A DNA stretch of 61,276 nucleotides, the filler included. It is 14 parts of 14 records of this genome, joined end to end, with 100 filler letters (N's around TTAATTAATTAA, not from the genome) between each part and the next. Parts side by side here need not be neighbours in the genome. Positions count along the whole stretch, not along the records: positions 9,675 to 14,181 come from SRR7504441_111074; positions 14,282 to 17,510 come from SRR7504441_111461; positions 17,611 to 22,200 come from SRR7504441_111697; positions 22,301 to 26,244 come from SRR7504441_111725; 10 more parts are not named here. One strand, 5' to 3'. Below, one piece after another: positions 11,710 to 22,614 of the stretch. The notes under the pieces were generated by a model. It had not been told where the DNA came from and made no database searches. It worked only from the letters and a program-made list of their open reading frames with translations. Position numbers and translations under genes: made by a program. Every line of letters starts with the position of its first letter. Position 1 is the stretch's first letter.

Positions 11710-13998
11710 TCAGTAAGTCATCAGCGCGTCCAACGAGAGCCCTGACATCTCTGGCAACCGGCCAAACAACTTCAGGCAAGTCCCTGCGCATTGCTGATTG
11801 ATAGGCGAGCCCTCCCTCCCAGCTATCGCCTGCACCCACAGCTGGAGCTCGCCCAGATAGTCAAACAACAGCCCTTCCAACCGCACGCTGGCCGGCCAAG
11901 TGAGCAGTACTCGTGACAGCGCAAACATCCCACAACGCTCGACGTACTCGTCCGCATACAGCCGGATAGCGATCAGAAACTCGACCAGCGAGCCGGCCAT
12001 CCGAGGGTGTGCCACCGTGTTGTTGGCCGCTTCGAGCACAGTGCCCAGCGTGCACAGCAGCTGGCCCAGAGGCAACACAGCGTCCTTGGAGAGAAGGTCC
12101 AGCGTGCCAATTCGGTTATCATACTCGACCATCAACGGGTAGAAAAATTCCCCGGCCACCTCGCCAAACTGATTCCTGCTCGAGCTAGGCTGATGCTCCC
12201 GGGTGTGCGAGGCCAAAGTCCACCGTCGCGTCTTGCCGTCGTTGGACACACCGAGTGGCGTCAGCGGCGGCGGCGCCCCCGCCTGTCCTGCGGGACCAAG
12301 CCCGGCTATCTCAGCCGCAGCTCCGCTAATCACATCCAAAACCAGCAGCCGGGTCTCGAGCGAGACGTTTTGCGTGTAAAATTGGCCCGCGAGCACTCGG
12401 GCTGCCGCAGCCGGGATCTGCTTGCAAAGCGCCACCAGAGCGGCCTTGCGCTTGTGGTCGAATCCTTCTAAGTCGCAGCTGTTAGACACATGCAGCACTG
12501 CAAGGCAAAGCTCCTCGCACACAGCGGACGTGTCGGCTAGCTCCCGGCCCACAAGCCTGGGCACCGCGCACAGCCCAGCCTCCAGCGGCTCGGCCTTCTC
12601 CTGGCGGAGCAGCCCTATCACTTCAACTAGCGATTTGGGCTGCCCGTCGGTGCTCGGAGGCTTGCACACTGCTTCAAACGGCCCATCGTCGTCGCTCTCG
12701 TCACTCTCGTCCGCCCAGGCCGCGCCCCACACATTCTGCACGGCCGGTGCCGGGGCCTCGGGGGCCGGGGCCTCCGGTTCCGGGTCGGGCGGCGGGGCAG
12801 GCGGCGGCTCGTCCTCGCTGCTGCTCGACAAATCATCGAATCTCAACGGCTCTTCGGGCGAGAGCTGCAGCGACATGGCCACGGCCACCCGCATCGCGCA
12901 GTGCCTGTACTCCTTGATAGGACTGCTCAGCTGGGTGGGTATCCCAGCGACCAGTGCTGCCAGCATCGGTGAGTCTGGCGGGAGAGCGCCTATCCGTGGC
13001 AGACTCACGCAGATCCACCTGGCCAGCTGCCGGAGCAGCCCCGGGCTGAGGCCCGAGATGGCGCTCGGGTCCGCAAACAGCTGGCAGCAGCTTAGCAGCA
13101 CTGGCCCGAGCCGATTCTGGTCTGACAGGGTCGCCGCTAGGCTCCGGAGCGAACGGCGAGGTAAGAGCTCTGAGCTGAGCAGCCGGGGCAGCTGCAGCAG
13201 AGGCACCAGCGGCGGCTGTATCCACCGCGCGAGCCAGCCGGGCTCCAGATCTGGCCGGCAGAGCGCCCGGCGCACCAGCAGTCGAAGCGCGGCTGGAGGC
13301 AGCGCCGAGGCCAGCTTGGGGCAGAGGTCAGGCGGTAGGGCGCTCACGGCGTGCAGTGCAGCGTCGGCGTGCCCGGATCCGGCAACCTTGGCCAGCCCCA
13401 CGGCCGCCCGGTGGAGCGCCGCGTCGGTGGGCGGCACCAGGGCCCCGGCGAACTCGCCTGCGAGGTGCCCGAACCATTCGGGCGGTCTGAGCTGGACCGG
13501 GACGTTCGTGTGCGCGCCGGCCGCATTGGCCACCCGGTCGGGCACCGAGCCCAGCTGTTGGACTAGGTCGTCCCACCCGAGCTCGTGCCGACTTGCCGCC
13601 GCCACCACCGCCTGGCCCACCCGGCCGGGCGCCGCCACCGCCCTGATTATCAGCTGGGCCAGCGCTGCCGTGTGCAGCGCCACTGGTTCGGGTCGGGCCG
13701 GGCCGGCCAGCGTGACCAGCCGGGCGAGGATCGGCGGGAGCGCGGCGGCGAGCGGGACCTCGCAGAAGAAGACGTCGAAGCAGTCGCGCCGCTGGTCGGT
13801 GGCAATCGCCGGAACCCACTGGACCAAAACCTCGCTGAGCAACAGCCCGGAGAACCGGGCCAGCTGGGCGCCGAGCTGGCCGGCCCGGAGCAGCGCCGCT
13901 GCCTCGGCCAGCGGGGCGAGCACCTGCTCGACCGACTCGGCCTCCCGCAGCGCTCGTTGTATTGACCGGAGGCCGGAGGCCCCCCCCGGGCTGTCCAT
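11710..13998 (-). CDS. TELO2: telomere length regulation protein TEL2 (TTT complex)
   Basis: HEAT-like solenoid, acidic SDESDDD motif, GKTRRW, NQFGEVAGEFFYPLM. Confidence 0.88.
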   Translation of the reverse strand: MDSPGGASGLRSIQRALREAESVEQVLAPLAEAAALLRAGQLGAQLARFSGLLLSEVLVQWVPAIATDQRRDCFDVFFCEVPLAAALPPILARLVTLAGPARPEPVALHTAALAQLIIRAVAAPGRVGQAVVAAASRHELGWDDLVQQLGSVPDRVANAAGAHTNVPVQLRPPEWFGHLAGEFAGALVPPTDAALHRAAVGLAKVAGSGHADAALHAVSALPPDLCPKLASALPPAALRLLVRRALCRPDLEPGWLARWIQPPLVPLLQLPRLLSSELLPRRSLRSLAATLSDQNRLGPVLLSCCQLFADPSAISGLSPGLLRQLARWICVSLPRIGALPPDSPMLAALVAGIPTQLSSPIKEYRHCAMRVAVAMSLQLSPEEPLRFDDLSSSSEDEPPPAPPPDPEPEAPAPEAPAPAVQNVWGAAWADESDESDDDGPFEAVCKPPSTDGQPKSLVEVIGLLRQEKAEPLEAGLCAVPRLVGRELADTSAVCEELCLAVLHVSNSCDLEGFDHKRKAALVALCKQIPAAAARVLAGQFYTQNVSLETRLLVLDVISGAAAEIAGLGPAGQAGAPPPLTPLGVSNDGKTRRWTLASHTREHQPSSSRNQFGEVAGEFFYPLMVEYDNRIGTLDLLSKDAVLPLGQLLCTLGTVLEAANNTVAHPRMAGSLVEFLIAIRLYADEYVERCGMFALSRVLLTWPASVRLEGLLFDYLGELQLWVQAIAGREGSPINQQCAGTCLKLFGRLPEMSGLSLDALMTY

Positions 13999-14386
13999 TT
14001 CCGTTACGCACCTTGGACAAGTTGGAGTCCAGGTCCTCTTGTGACCTTGTCTCTGCTAGCTGCCGGATCGAACTGTGCACCCCGTCCCATCGAGCGGCCT
14101 CCGTGGGAGACGAGCACAGAGTGCCGCGTGTGCACCACGGCCAGCTGCTGTCGATCGCGATCTACTCCCCAGACCTCCACCNNNNNNNNNNNNNNNNNNN
14201 NNNNNNNNNNNNNNNNNNNNNNNNNTTAATTAATTAANNNNNNNNNNNNNNNNNNNNNNNNNNNNNNNNNNNNNNNNNNNNAAGTCATCTACGGTGGTAG
14301 CATCGCTCATCGGATTGCTTCTCGCCAACGCTGGAGCCGCCAGACGGCAGTCCGCAACGACGTTCCGTTACTGATCTCCCTCGACC

Positions 14387-17242
14387 ATGAGGTGGCAGTT
14401 GCTCAGCTTGCTGTGGGTGCCTGGGCTGCTGGCGGGCCCGGTGGTTGTGACGGACGTGTGGCCGCGGCTAATCTACACCAAACTACCCACCGAGCTCCAC
14501 ATCCGGGGCCGCGGTTTCTCCGGCGGCGCCGGCCCAGCCCTCTGCCGGATTCTCTCACTGGACAACGCCTTCGTCGGTCAAAACTATACGGACGACCCAT
14601 CGGCCCAGGGGTACAACATCATGCGCGCACTCCCGGCCAGGGTGATCAACGACTCCGCGTGCGTCTGCACCACTGTGCCGCTGCACAATGCGGCACCGGC
14701 CAGCTTCGCACTCTCCACGGACGGTGGGCAGCAGTTTGCCAACCTCAATCTGACGCTCCGCTTCGTAGAGATGGCCGAGTGGGCCGTGAGCCGCAGGCCG
14801 TTCGTGTGGGAGCGCGCCGGGGCGCTGCTGGTCAGGACAGACAGCTCGGTGGCGGGGGGCACTCTCAGCCTGACCGCCAGGCTACACCGGCACCTTCCTA
14901 ATCGGAGCGGGTTTGACGGGCCGGTCGACACCGCTGCCGTCCCGGGGGGCGACCTGCTCGGTGGTGCCAGGGTGATCCGGCCGGCCACGGGCCAGAACGA
15001 GCATCGGGTGCGATTCGATCTGAGGAGGCTGCCAGCAATGGTGGATGACGACCTCGTTGTGACGGTCGATTTCAAGCTGGCTGACGGGACTGTCGGCCAG
15101 TTCAGGAGCTTCAAGCGGTTCGTGCGCGTCCCGCCGCCCCCGGACAACCGAACGGTCTTCCAAGTAGATCACGAGACTCGGGGGATGCTCAAAAACGGGT
15201 GGGAGCCCTTTGTGGGACTTGGCTGGTTCAATTCGGCATTCGAATACGCGCACGAGAGCCTAGGCGATATGGGGCTCACCTCGCCGGCTGTCAATGGCTG
15301 GCTGGCCCGCGGGGGCTCGTTTGCCGTCGAGTGGGCAAAGCGGGGACAGACACTCCTTCGGATGGGGAATGCACATTTGATCGAAAGTCCGCAGCTGATG
15401 AACGACATCCTGGACGAATGCTTCGCTGCAGGCATTTATGTGATGCTCTCGCCGCCGTCCTATCAGTACGCCGTCTCTCCCAACGAGACGACCCGTGCCT
15501 GGCTTGCTGGCAACATCTCAGCGGTCGCCTCACACCCAGCGGTGTGGGGTTGGTATATTTGCGACGATTGCTGCAAGGGCTTCGACTTCCTCTGGCAGCA
15601 GTCGCTCGCCTACGACCTGATCAAGCAGCTCGACCCGTACCACCTCACCGCCGGGTTTCTCGAATGCGGCGAGATGGCAGCCTTCCAAGAGCCTCACCTT
15701 TCTCTCGATGTACCAATACGTGAGAACTACCGGCCGGACCTGAGTTTCCACCAAGCCGATGGATGGGACCAGCCCGGCTCGGATGGGGCTCTCCGGACGG
15801 CCCCAATGAGCTTCGAGCCGGTGATGAACGGCCCTCAGGTCGAGAGGCAGTGGAACCCTGAGGTAGCCCGCAGCAATGTCTACCTTGGACTGATAACAGC
15901 AAACATGCCAAACATACACTGGTATGTGTTCAACGGCATCAACTACCTGCGCTGGCAGAATCGAGACCTTGTGGACAAGACGTTTGCAGAGGTACGTGAG
16001 CTGCTCCCTTCGTTCTACGCCCCATTCGATACAAAGCACCCTCAAGTGATCGTCGACCGAAGCTCTCCAACTGTAAGAGCTCGAGCCTGGCGTGAGCCGA
16101 GTAATGACGCGGCGGTTTGCGTCCACATTATTGCTGTGAATAGTGTGGCTGAAAATGCGATGCCGCAGCCAACCGTATTCAAGGGCAGGATAAGTGGGCT
16201 CACTGCCGCTGAGCTGAAATGGCTTAGTCTGCAAGGTGCAGCTACGTTTGTCAACCTTGGCATTCAAACCAACACCAACGTGAGCGGTGCAGTCAATGGG
16301 ATGGCAGCCAGGGCGATCGACGATTGTGTTGTGAATTGCGCCGACACCAAGAAGCAGGCCTACTTGTGCCGCCAGGTGCCCCTGATTGGGCTCCAAGACG
16401 GCACCGTGCAACTCTCCGATTGGATTGGCCCTGCAGCAACCGCGCGTTACCGAATCGGCTGCTCTCCAGACGCTGCTAATGCTGGTCTGCCACCAGAGCC
16501 GAACAATCTGGTGTTCGACCCGTCACTAGAGCGCACAATGCAACCGGGAGTGCCGGGTTACAATATCCAAAACAATCACCAGAGCTTCTGGATTGTAGCC
16601 CTTCCACCGGATGGCAACAGAATTGGGCGTGGGGCGTATGATGACCGTACCCACCTGTTCATCGACTCGATGCTGCCACATGGTGGGAGGCATTCGGCAC
16701 GGGTGTGGCTGCCTCAAGCCTTCCCGTACTCGGCCTATGTTCCGTTGCCATGTGCCGACAAGAACGCTTCTGTTTGTGGAACGACTGTGCAAGTGAAAAC
16801 TGGAGAATCGATGGATTTCTCTTTCTGGGGTCGTGCAGACCCCTTGAGTCGGGCCGTCATTGAGCTAGTCATCGGCGGTTGGCAAACTATGCCAAGCGGT
16901 AACGACTACCGATTTGTGGTGAATCAGACAATTGCAACCAGCATGTCACTCAATAGCACTTGGCAGCAGGTGGCAGGGAGTGTCTCGAATGCAAAGTTCA
17001 CCGGGATGGTGTACATGCGAATCTTTTCCATCGCACGGCCTGGAGCGATCTGGTTTGATGATGTCAAAGCAACGCAGCTGCCTTCACCGCCCCAGTCTGG
17101 CACCTGCATGGTCACAGAAGGTGGCTGCGATAATCCAGGAAACACATACAACTGCGAAGGACAACTGTGTACCGGCTGTACTTGCACTGGCGGATGCCTC
17201 GGAGGCATCTTTTCCGGCTGCAAGTGCAGCTCTTGCTGGTGA
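14387..17242 (+). CDS. secreted multidomain protein: IPT/TIG-like, glycoside-hydrolase-like barrel, CBM-like domain, Cys-rich tail
   Basis: Signal peptide, LHIRGRGF, LSTDGGQQF, HPAVWGWYICDDCC, YDLIKQLDPYH, IWFDDV; 951 aa, intronless. Confidence 0.65.
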   Translation: MRWQLLSLLWVPGLLAGPVVVTDVWPRLIYTKLPTELHIRGRGFSGGAGPALCRILSLDNAFVGQNYTDDPSAQGYNIMRALPARVINDSACVCTTVPLHNAAPASFALSTDGGQQFANLNLTLRFVEMAEWAVSRRPFVWERAGALLVRTDSSVAGGTLSLTARLHRHLPNRSGFDGPVDTAAVPGGDLLGGARVIRPATGQNEHRVRFDLRRLPAMVDDDLVVTVDFKLADGTVGQFRSFKRFVRVPPPPDNRTVFQVDHETRGMLKNGWEPFVGLGWFNSAFEYAHESLGDMGLTSPAVNGWLARGGSFAVEWAKRGQTLLRMGNAHLIESPQLMNDILDECFAAGIYVMLSPPSYQYAVSPNETTRAWLAGNISAVASHPAVWGWYICDDCCKGFDFLWQQSLAYDLIKQLDPYHLTAGFLECGEMAAFQEPHLSLDVPIRENYRPDLSFHQADGWDQPGSDGALRTAPMSFEPVMNGPQVERQWNPEVARSNVYLGLITANMPNIHWYVFNGINYLRWQNRDLVDKTFAEVRELLPSFYAPFDTKHPQVIVDRSSPTVRARAWREPSNDAAVCVHIIAVNSVAENAMPQPTVFKGRISGLTAAELKWLSLQGAATFVNLGIQTNTNVSGAVNGMAARAIDDCVVNCADTKKQAYLCRQVPLIGLQDGTVQLSDWIGPAATARYRIGCSPDAANAGLPPEPNNLVFDPSLERTMQPGVPGYNIQNNHQSFWIVALPPDGNRIGRGAYDDRTHLFIDSMLPHGGRHSARVWLPQAFPYSAYVPLPCADKNASVCGTTVQVKTGESMDFSFWGRADPLSRAVIELVIGGWQTMPSGNDYRFVVNQTIATSMSLNSTWQQVAGSVSNAKFTGMVYMRIFSIARPGAIWFDDVKATQLPSPPQSGTCMVTEGGCDNPGNTYNCEGQLCTGCTCTGGCLGGIFSGCKCSSCW

Positions 17243-17610
17243 AGAAATAGATAAGAAATAGAAGAAATGTGAAGAAATGGCAGACGCGAAAGACTCTGAA
17301 TGTACATGGCTCAAGACGTACTCAAGACGGACACGAAGAAGCACCAGCATGATTCATGCATGATTTATTAGCTATCACCGAGTGGAACCTTAGGCAATAT
17401 TAATATTCGTGTTTGGCTCTAGTTTGCTGATAGAAGTCATTTTGATGGTTGTAGCTTTTCCTATGCTCAGCTCGCTCTTCGCGCCCATAACAAACTCCCC
17501 TTCCGATTCCNNNNNNNNNNNNNNNNNNNNNNNNNNNNNNNNNNNNNNNNNNNNTTAATTAATTAANNNNNNNNNNNNNNNNNNNNNNNNNNNNNNNNNN
17601 NNNNNNNNNN

Positions 17611-18821
17611 CCAGCGCTCGTGGTTGAAGTTGTACATGATCAGTCGGAAGCCGTCGCCCTCCTTGCCCAGCAGGTTGGTCACCGGCACCTTGACGTCCTC
17701 GTACAACACGAGTGCCGTCCCGGCTGACACACTGTACGTGGTCTTGATCTGGGTGGTCTCGAGCCCCTCGCTCCGCTCGACAAGAATCAGAGAGATCCCG
17801 CCGTGCCCCTTGCCGCCGGTGCGCACGGCCGTGATGAACACGTCCGAGGTCATGCCCTCTGTGATCCACTTCTTTATGCCATTGAGCACGTAGTGCTTGC
17901 CGTCAGGAGTCTTCTCACCAGTCAGCCGGACCGAGGCCACGTCCGACCCGGCGAACGGCTCAGAGATGGCCAGGCAGCTGGTCACATCCCCGAGCATCAG
18001 CGAGCTGCCAGCAGGCTGAGCCGCAGTCGACCGGGCGCTCACCGGCCGATCCCTGCCTTGAGTGGAGCGCTGCCGAAGTTCATCACACACGGGAACGAGA
18101 TGAGGTATCCGCCGCCGCAGCCGTCCAGGAACCCGGGGGTGCCCACCCTGGCCATCTCCTGGTGCACGATCATCTCGTGAAAGTAATCAAAAGTCTCAGG
18201 CGAGCAGCCCTCTGGCAGCGAGATGCCCAGCCGTACAGCCTCCTTGAGCCACGGGCTGCGCCAGACTCAGCCCCGGCCCGGCCCAACCGCTCACCCGGGC
18301 CCGATCCGGGTGACCAGAAGCCCGTTCATCGCCAGCTTCTTCTTGAGAGCCTTGCTCGGGTACTTCCCTGCCCCCGGCTGCTGCACCAGCCTAGCCCGGC
18401 GGCCCACACCGGCCAGGTCGTCCTTGACGGCGGTCGGGGCGAACTCGGTGGCCACGAACTTGCGTACGGCCCGCTGCATCGTCCGGTGGCCCTCGCTGTA
18501 GTAGGGCGAGTTGCCGCCCTGGAAGGCCGGAGGGTCGGCGAACGGGACAGGCGAGATGGCGTCCGGGGCGGCGAGCTGGTCGGTGGCGCCCTCGAGACGG
18601 CCCACCTTGAGCTTCTGGTACTTGGTGAGCACGTCCTTGCGGTGGAGCTCGAAGAACTCGGACGAGACGTCCATCCCGGCGTACTGCTCGAGCAGCTTGG
18701 CACCGCCCGGGTGGCCCAGGGCGAATGTGCTGACGTTGTACACGTCCCCGGCCACCGCCAGCCACAGGTCGCCCTGCTTGTTGTGCTTGGCCAGCTCGGC
18801 CTCGCTGATCATCTTCGCCAT
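17611..18821 (-). CDS. cytochrome b5-acyl-CoA dehydrogenase fusion, 3'-partial, three short GT-AG introns
   Basis: b5 motifs ELAKHN...DLW...VYNVSTFALGHPGG; ACAD motifs CLAISEPFAGSDVA, LNGIKKWIT, MYNFNHERW. Confidence 0.92.
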
Positions 18822-18908
18822 AATGTCGGAGTGCAGCGGGCCGGGGGGCGACTTGCGGCCCGAAAACAACGGACATCAACGGACATCAGTGAGCATCAGG
18901 AGGAGGCA

Positions 18909-19388
18909 ATGGCACACAGCCGTGGCTGGACTGACGGGGCAGGGGCAGGGGCTGGCGACTGGGGACAGCAAGGATGGGGAACAAGTCGACCTACTTTTCT
19001 GTGGTCTGGCAGGACGCCAACCCGGCCACCACCAACCAAGGGCTCAAGAACAACCTGTGCTACGAGTTTAAGGACCTGCAGACCCCCACCACCCTCAACA
19101 GGGTCACCACGACCCATCCCACCCGCGCTAACGCCGGGCCAGACCTGGTGCAAAGGCGGCTGCAACTCAGCCAACACTACAATCAACTGGAGTAGTTTCG
19201 CGACGGTGCAGCCCCGCCTCCCCGCCCAGCCAGCCGGCGGTCAGGACCGAAACGGCATCAAATACTACCAGCCGACTTCGGCCATCGGGACGGTGACTGC
19301 ACACACCCGGTACCAGCTAGCCTGGGGGCAGATCCCGACGTCCAGCCAGTTCGGGTCCAACTCCAAGTGCTTTGTGCCCTACCACTAA
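18909..19388 (+). CDS. small orphan protein (about 105 aa) with about four short introns
   Basis: Consensus GT-AG introns join into MAHSPRMGNKSTYFSVVWQD...TWCKGGCNS...KCFVPYH. Confidence 0.5.
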   Translation: MAHSRGWTDGAGAGAGDWGQQGWGTSRPTFLWSGRTPTRPPPTKGSRTTCATSLRTCRPPPPSTGSPRPIPPALTPGQTWCKGGCNSANTTINWSSFATVQPRLPAQPAGGQDRNGIKYYQPTSAIGTVTAHTRYQLAWGQIPTSSQFGSNSKCFVPYH

Positions 19389-19635
19389 CCGAGCCACGGA
19401 GCTAGTGGTTGTGCCAGTGGCGACTATCCGCTATGTACATACATTTGTACAAATAAGCAATCCTAGCCTTAACATACGATGGTCCAGTCGTAGACGTACT
19501 CATAAATTCATTGATAAATACAATATCCATTTCGACTCCATGTGCTTGGGTTCAATCGGTGAATGTACTTACAGTACTGTCTCAGTCGTTTTATTATCGT
19601 TTTAATTATAATTGAACCAGGGTTGCCAAAATCAA

Positions 19636-20270
19636 TCACCCTTGGCCCTTTAGTCTAGCGCGGATCGTTTCACGGTCTTGCTCCGACCCCACGAGCTTGA
19701 GCAGCTCGCCGAGCCTATACGGGTCTACAAGCTTCGATTGCAGCACAAGCAGCGCCTCGCATAGTTCGACAGGCTCGGCGAATCCGCGGAGCACCATCTT
19801 GGCCTGGTGCACCATCAAGTTCCGCCCTCGGACCTTCTCCTGGAACACCGCCATTCGGTCTGTCCGGTTGCCGCACTTGACCAGTCTGCCCACGAGCTGC
19901 TGCATCTGCGCATCGCTCACCACCTCCTTCCCGTTGTCCATAGAGTGTGCAGTCACCTCAAGGATCCCCTTGGCCGGCACCCGCCACCGGCCGTCCTTGT
20001 GAAACACAAACGGCTTGCCGTCTAGGCTGCCGTCCACCAGGCTGAAGTGCGGCTCCACCAGTCCGCGCAGCCGGACCTGTGAGTCGGCCAGGTCCAGAAA
20101 GTAGGAGGCCTCGTAGCGCTGATTGGCCACCACATACCGCACTGCACACATCCCACTATTGGGCACCTGCACCTGCAGCGGCTGGCCGGGCGAGTGAGCG
20201 GGCTATTACCTTGAGCACTGTTGGGTCTTGTGTACTGCCGTTGACTGACAAGCACGGCTCCGGAGCATCA
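19636..20270 (-). CDS. hypothetical protein with DUF4476-like C-terminus (start uncertain)
   Basis: 178-aa ORF ending in a helical segment (QAKMVLRGF...ALLVLQSKLVDPYRL); an upstream exon joins through a short intron. Confidence 0.45.
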
Positions 20271-20494
20271 ACGATCGGCTGTGATCATTACTGTGATCAT
20301 CGTTCGGAAAGCGAATGCTGCAGTCTGAGAGACTTTTTGTAACAACCACACGCTTTCTACTGAATATTCCAACAACTTTAATACTATAAAGACTTACAAG
20401 TACTTTGTCATAACATAGCCATAGCACTTACAAGTATAAGCCATGCCTAGCATTAGCCTAGCATGTGTAAAGCTTATGCAGTTTTATTGCGACT

Positions 20495-22119
20495 CTAGTC
20501 CAACTCAGTCATGCTAGACTTGGGTGGCTCCCTTCCCGTCAACAACTGCCGCGTATTCAAGTCTCTAATCCCCAAAAAGTTCATGTCCTGATCGTCGAGC
20601 CCCATCTCCTCTATCGTGGCCACGTCCGTATAACCCTTTTCCCTAAAAATTGATTCCAAGTGCGCCAGCCCCTTCTGGGCCAGCCAGTCCCCCAGATCTC
20701 CAGCAGCTGGATCGTTCGCCCCCTTACACGGGTTGGGCTGCCCAGCTGCCGGCTCAGTGCTTGGCGCCACGTCCATCTGATTGCTAGCATGGGTACTGGC
20801 AGGGAGCAGCATCTCAGGGTTCATGACATCAATGCTGCCTGGGTGGATCGTGTTCATGGACATCACTTTAAGCCCAGCCCATGTCTGGCCCTCCAGCCCT
20901 GCGCTCTCCACGTCCGCTGACTCCTCTTCCGCTAGCATCCTCGCAGCTGCCCGCTCCTTTGCTTCATAGTCTTCCCTTTCCGCATCCAATGAAGGCTGAA
21001 TCCCGGCCGGTCGGGCTGCCGGGTTGCTCTCGGCCGGTCTGCCGGTGCCGGGCGCCCCTGCGACGGACAGATTTGACCCGTCGAGCGCAGGTCTTGCTGA
21101 AGTTGCCGACTTGCTGGCTGCTGGCTGCTGGCTCGGCCGGCGGGACGGCTCAGGCCCAAAAGCGTAGTCGAGCAGCGGATCCGGCTTGGCGTGCTCGGCT
21201 GGGTCGACTGGGTCGGCGCACGGCGTGTGGCTATCCATCTCTTTGGTCACCCAGTCCTTGGCCGCCCTCCGCGCCTCCGCGTCGTCGCAGCCGGAACCCG
21301 AAAACACTCTCAACAGGATCCGTTCCTGCCTAGGCTCATCTCGCACCGAACCGGGCGCACCGCGTCTCTGATTCTGCCGAGCGCCACGCAGCCTTGCGCG
21401 TACCGCACTTTGGCTTTGTCCTGGGTCTTGACAGGGCACGGGGTCTTCCATTTGGGCGGGAAAGCGATCTGCCCCGGCGGCCTGGGGGGCGGCCGGCACC
21501 GGGCAGTTACCTCGTAAACGCTCTCCATCGCCGCCTTCGGGTGGCCTGCCGCCCGGTTGGCGCCGCCGGGGCCTAAGCCACGCGCCGAGCTTTAGGTGAG
21601 CGAGCGCCGCGTTTACCCGGACGCTGGCGTCGAGCAGCTTGACCTCGTTCAGCTGCGCCCGGCTCAGCGAGGCCAGCCGGGGCCGCGCCTTGCTGGCGGG
21701 CAGCGATATGCTCGGGTCGGTGTACAGAACCAGCACGTGCTGCCCGCCCGCTCGCCGGTCCCGGCCGGCAGCGCACATCGCTGGCCTCCTTGTACTGCAC
21801 CAGGGCCTGTTCGTACTCGGCCTGGCCCACCAGCGCGTTGCCCTCGGCCTTATACTTGCTGGCCCGCTCCAGGAAGCCGTAGTCCTTGAACTTTGTGGCA
21901 TACTCCAGGCTGCCCGCTGCTGACCCCGTGCCGCCCACCGGCCCACACCTCTCAGGGGGCTCCGGCTTGCCAGCAGGCTCGATCGCACCTGCCGCGGCCG
22001 CCTCCACCTGGCCCAGTGCAGCTCAGGCCCAGGCAAAGCGCATCACAACCTCCACAGGTTGGGCCTCAACAGGCTCGGCCTCCATAGGCTCGGCCTCAAC
22101 AGGCTCGACCACCACCATC
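20495..22119 (-). CDS. TPR plus C-terminal SAM domain protein, about seven introns (GC-AG 21546-21585)
   Basis: KYKAEGNAL...YEQALVQYKEA and VRVNAALAHLKLGHPKAA (TPR); DWLAQKGLAHLESIFREKGY...LDDQDMNFLGI (SAM). Confidence 0.78.
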
Positions 22120-22614
22120 GTGCCAACGGAAACGGAAGATCTCCGGCAAGGGGGAGTGCAGGTTGGGAGCAGTACTGGGAGACTTGTAAAACTCCCGCAC
22201 NNNNNNNNNNNNNNNNNNNNNNNNNNNNNNNNNNNNNNNNNNNNTTAATTAATTAANNNNNNNNNNNNNNNNNNNNNNNNNNNNNNNNNNNNNNNNNNNN
22301 TAGCCAAATGAACCGGTTTGTAAGTTCAAGAGCATCTTTGACGTGCCAAGTGGGTTGAACGGGGTTTCGGTACACGCTACAGTAACTAGCAAGGTGGTAG
22401 GCAGGCTTATTCCCTAATTAGCAAGATGGTGTTCCCTTATAAGGAAGGTGGTAGGTTGTTGTAACAACTCGATGGGCCGACAGTTCCAACTGTTGAATTC
22501 ATCACATTCTCTATTATAGTAGTAGACCTACATGTAGTACAGAATTAATCAATATTTTCATCACTCATGCATCACTTTCGAGCTCGGTTACTAACGAACA
22601 ATTGTCTTATCATG

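Noticed and set aside
2518-14044. Long antisense ORFs such as 2518-3774 (+) and 12422-14044 (+)
   Set aside because: Shadows of GC-rich real genes on the opposite strand (sulfatase, TEL2), with no motifs of their own.
17611-18821. Cytochrome b5-ACAD fusion as a novelty
   Set aside because: This architecture is already known from fungi and several protists.
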